Shown one piece after another: positions 61,351 to 64,000 of a DNA stretch of 64,000 nt (positions are counted from its first letter, which is position 1; the number at the start of each line of letters is the position of its first letter). A model generated the notes under the pieces. That model made no database searches and was not told the origin of the DNA. It saw only the letters and a program-made list of their open reading frames with translations. Position numbers and translations under genes: made by a program. The DNA is from Planctomycetota bacterium (GTDB lineage Bacteria > Planctomycetota > UBA11346), in the NCBI GenBank assembly GCA_038231435.1, contig JBBRLJ010000012.1, forward strand, positions 32,001 to 96,000. The letters run 5' to 3'.

Positions 61351-62250
61351 ATGACCACCGTCACCTTCGGCAAACACCAGTGCGAGATCGGAGGGCCGCA
61401 GCTGGGGATGCTGCGCGAGTCCAACGATCTGCGCGATGATTTCGCGGCGTTGCGCTCGCGGCTCGATGAGGACGGGTATCTGCTGATCCGCGGGCTGTAC
61501 GATCCGGCGGATGTGCTCGCGGCGCGGCGCGAGATCCTGGCGCAGGCGCATGGCTATCTCGAGCCGGGGAGCGATCCGATGGAGGCCGTGATCAATCGCG
61601 CGCCGCCGAAGGATCTGCCGTTCATCAGCCATGGCTCGCCGACCACGCGCGGGCCGGCATTCTTGTCGCTGGTCGAGGGTCCGCGAGTGATGCGTTTCTT
61701 CGCTGGGCTGTTCGCGGAACCGGCGACCACCTTCGATTTCAAGTGGCTGCGTCTGACCTGGAAGGGACAGACCACCGGCGCGCACTTCGACAACAGCTAC
61801 ATGGGCCGCGGCAGTCCGCGCGTGCACACGGTGTGGTCGCCGCTCGGCGACATCTCGTACGATCACGGTCCGCTGGCGATCGTCCCCGGTTCCCACCGCG
61901 CTCCCGGCTACGCCCACCTGCGCGAGACCCTCGGTCTGATGGACGTCGATCGCGATCGCGTGCGAGGCGATTTCAGCGATGACGCCCTCGAGTTCACCAA
62001 CCGCTTCGGCGGCCGCTGGGCGACGAGCGAGTTCAAGGCCGGCGACGCCATCATCTTCGGCATGTTCACGCTGCACGCGTCGCTGACCAACGTCTCAGAC
62101 CGCTTCCGCCTGTCGTCGGACACCCGCTACCAACCGGCGAGCGAACCCGCCGACGAGCGCTGGGTCGGCGAGAAGCCGAAGGGCCATTACGCCTGGTTCG
62201 CGGGCGAGGGCGTGGAGATGGCGAAGAAGAAGAAGGAGTGGGGCTTTTAG
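61351..62250 (+). CDS. PhyH family Fe(II)/2OG dioxygenase (paralog 2)
   Basis: Same motifs as paralog 1 (GAHFDNSYMGRG, LHASLTN, DERWVGEKPK). True start is ATG 61351. Confidence 0.92.
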   Translation: MTTVTFGKHQCEIGGPQLGMLRESNDLRDDFAALRSRLDEDGYLLIRGLYDPADVLAARREILAQAHGYLEPGSDPMEAVINRAPPKDLPFISHGSPTTRGPAFLSLVEGPRVMRFFAGLFAEPATTFDFKWLRLTWKGQTTGAHFDNSYMGRGSPRVHTVWSPLGDISYDHGPLAIVPGSHRAPGYAHLRETLGLMDVDRDRVRGDFSDDALEFTNRFGGRWATSEFKAGDAIIFGMFTLHASLTNVSDRFRLSSDTRYQPASEPADERWVGEKPKGHYAWFAGEGVEMAKKKKEWGF

Positions 62251-62308
62251 TTGGGGGGCTACGGCCCCCCAACATCGGCCTCCGGCCTGCCCCCCAGGAA
62301 GAAACGGG
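62250..62308 (-). repeat. Hairpin repeat family C, right flank
   Basis: Reverse complement cccgtttcttcctggggggcaggccggaggccgatgttggggggccgtagccccccaac matches 61234-61340 without the insertion. Confidence 0.85.
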
Positions 62309-62343
62309 TTGGGTGAGGTAGGGGGCCAGACTGCGGCGTCCTT

Positions 62344-62406
62344 CTTCAGTCTTCAGTCTTCAGTCTTCAGTCTTCAGTCTTCCGTCTTCCGTCTTCCCTC
62401 TTCCCC
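62344..62406 (+). repeat. Heptamer tandem repeat (CTTCAGT)5(CTTCCGT)2 plus 2 variants
   Basis: Counted directly from the sequence. Confidence 0.92.
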
Positions 62407-62439
62407 TTCTTCGTCCTCCCGCGCGGGTAGCATGGGGGC

Positions 62440-63324
62440 ATGGCTTCACGCGGGCGCGCGTATGCGGACAATGCGCCGGGGTCGTTCTTCGTCGATGATA
62501 CGTGCATCGACTGCGATACCTGCCGGCAGGTCGCGCCGCTGAGCTTTGTCGATGCGGGCGGGCACTCGGTGGTGGCGGTGCAGCCGGTCGACGACGAGGC
62601 GGTGCGGCAGGCGGCGCGGGCGGTGGTGTGCTGCCCAACCAATTCGATCGGTACCGCGGAGCGTTCGGCAACGCGCGCGGCGATCGGAGAGTTCCCGCTG
62701 CCTATTGCCGGCGGCGTGCACTATTGCGGCTTCAACGCCGAGTCCTCGTTCGGGGCGAACAGCTACTTCATCCAGCGTGCCGATGGCAATTGGCTGGTCG
62801 ATGCGCCGCGGTGGATGCCGGCGCTCGCCGATGCCTTCGCCGCGCGCGGCGGCCTCGCTGGGATCTTCCTGACCCACCGCGACGATGTCGCGGACGCGGC
62901 GAGGTACGCGGAGCGCTTCGGCGCGCGCCGCGTCATCCATCGTCGTGATGAGTCGGCCGCGCCCGGGGCGGAGGTCCTGCTCGAGGGCGAGGACGCGCGC
63001 GAACTCGCGCCGGGGTTGGTCGCGGTGCCCACGCCGGGGCATACCGCCGGGCATTGCGTGCTGCACGTCGACGACGAGTTCCTCTTCACCGGCGATCATC
63101 TGTGGTGGAGCCGCAAGCAGGGCCGCCTGGTGGCGTCGCGATCGGTGTGCTGGCATTCGTGGCCAGAACAGACGCGCTCGGTCGAACGCCTGCGCGAGCT
63201 GCGCTTCTCGTGGATCCTTCCCGGGCACGGCCAGCGGGCGCACGCGGCTCCCGAACGCATGCGCGATGGCGTAGCCGCGCTCGCGCTGCGGATGCGCGCC
63301 GAATCAGCCGGAGACGATTGGTGA
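62440..63324 (+). CDS. Ferredoxin (Fe-S)-fused metallo-beta-lactamase fold protein
   Basis: CIDCDTC...CCP at the N-terminus; THRDD, PGHTAGH, FTGDH, LPGHG. Confidence 0.9.
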   Translation: MASRGRAYADNAPGSFFVDDTCIDCDTCRQVAPLSFVDAGGHSVVAVQPVDDEAVRQAARAVVCCPTNSIGTAERSATRAAIGEFPLPIAGGVHYCGFNAESSFGANSYFIQRADGNWLVDAPRWMPALADAFAARGGLAGIFLTHRDDVADAARYAERFGARRVIHRRDESAAPGAEVLLEGEDARELAPGLVAVPTPGHTAGHCVLHVDDEFLFTGDHLWWSRKQGRLVASRSVCWHSWPEQTRSVERLRELRFSWILPGHGQRAHAAPERMRDGVAALALRMRAESAGDDW

Positions 63325-63393
63325 AGGACTGACAACGATGACGTTCTCCCGGTCCGGTCCGGATTGGGCACCGGAGTGCTCGCCCCCGCCACG

Positions 63394-63437
63394 TTGACGG
63401 GTGGGCCGCGCTCCTAGTATTAAACGAACGTATGAAA
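63394..63437 (+). promoter_or_regulatory. Sigma70-like promoter with overlapping PsrA-like TetR operator
   Basis: TTGACG (63394), TAGTAT/TATTAA (63415-63423), and imperfect palindrome TTAAACG-AA-CGTATGAA spanning the ATG. Confidence 0.5.
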
Positions 63438-64000
63438 AAAAGACTCATCGCCCGCTCCGCCGACACCCGCGTGCGCATCCTCGACGCGTCCGAATCCTTG
63501 TTCGCCGACCGCGGCATCGAGGGCACGTCGATGCGCGCGATCACCTCGATCGCCAAGGTGAATCTGGCGGCGGTGAACTACCACTTTGGCTCGAAGGAGG
63601 GCCTGATCGTGGCGGTCTACGCGCGTCGCCTGGCCCCGGTGAACATGGAGCGGCTCGCCCTGCTCGATGTGGTCGAGAAGAAGGGGGCGGCGACGCTCGA
63701 GGACATCATGTTGGCGTACGTCGGGCCGGTGATGCGCCTGATCCATGATCAGGAACGCGGGGGCGAGATCTTCATGCGCTTGCTGGGCCGGGCTTTATAC
63801 GAGCCGGGGGCCTATCTGAACCAGCTCTTCCGCGAAGAGATGGAACCGGTCCTCAACCGCTTCACCGCCGCCCTGCAGCGGTGCCTGCCCTTGTCGGCCG
63901 AGGAGCTCTTCTGGCGCATGCACTTCGCTGGCGGTGCCCTGTCGTATACGCTCGCTCAGATCCATCGCCTGGAGCTGATGTCCAAGGGCATCTGCGATGC
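63432..64000 (+). CDS. TetR family regulator (PsrA-like), truncated by the window end
   Basis: Read manually: MKKRLIARSADTRVRILDASESLFADRGIEGTSMRAITSIAKVNLAAVNYHFGSKEGL. Confidence 0.9.
   Translation, partial: MKKRLIARSADTRVRILDASESLFADRGIEGTSMRAITSIAKVNLAAVNYHFGSKEGLIVAVYARRLAPVNMERLALLDVVEKKGAATLEDIMLAYVGPVMRLIHDQERGGEIFMRLLGRALYEPGAYLNQLFREEMEPVLNRFTAALQRCLPLSAEELFWRMHFAGGALSYTLAQIHRLELMSKGICD

Noticed and set aside
62440..63324. Beta-lactamase resistance gene or novel fusion
   Set aside because: The HxHxDH motif is degenerate (THRDD), and the ferredoxin-MBL fusion is a known widespread family.

Overview
GC-rich bacterial chromosomal DNA. It looks like Planctomycetota/PVC, inferred from the type IV pilin-like cassette, exported HEAT/TPR proteins and expanded PhyH/AraC families; this is not proven. 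The window holds about 50 CDS and no recognisable rRNA, tRNA, CRISPR array, integrase or transposase. Housekeeping and repair genes: clpB, coaB-like, pyrC, nth, mtnD, recG, rlmK-like, nnr, trmH, dinB and a RapA-like SNF2 ATPase. Also present are peptidases (M36, S66, M20, M48), a GH20 hydrolase, two EamA transporters and a TolC-MFP-ABC (MacAB-like) operon. Most notable: (1) a dispersed family of 100-130 bp intergenic elements in two sequence classes that share one multi-stem fold with compensatory changes in every stem, C-GNA-G triloops and GTAG tags, suggesting a structured ssDNA REP/BIME-like element; (2) a second hairpin family forming inverted flanks around a duplicated PhyH dioxygenase gene; (3) a five-gene operon in fimT-pilV-pilW-pilX-pilE order whose pilin-like proteins are greatly enlarged (up to about 1066 aa), followed by a beta-helix protein; (4) a ClpB with signatures of eukaryotic cytosolic Hsp101/Hsp104; (5) a divergent AraC/PhyH module that occurs three times, once with a decayed AraC; (6) heptamer tandem repeats at many gene ends. 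All calls come from reading motifs by eye; no database searches were run.
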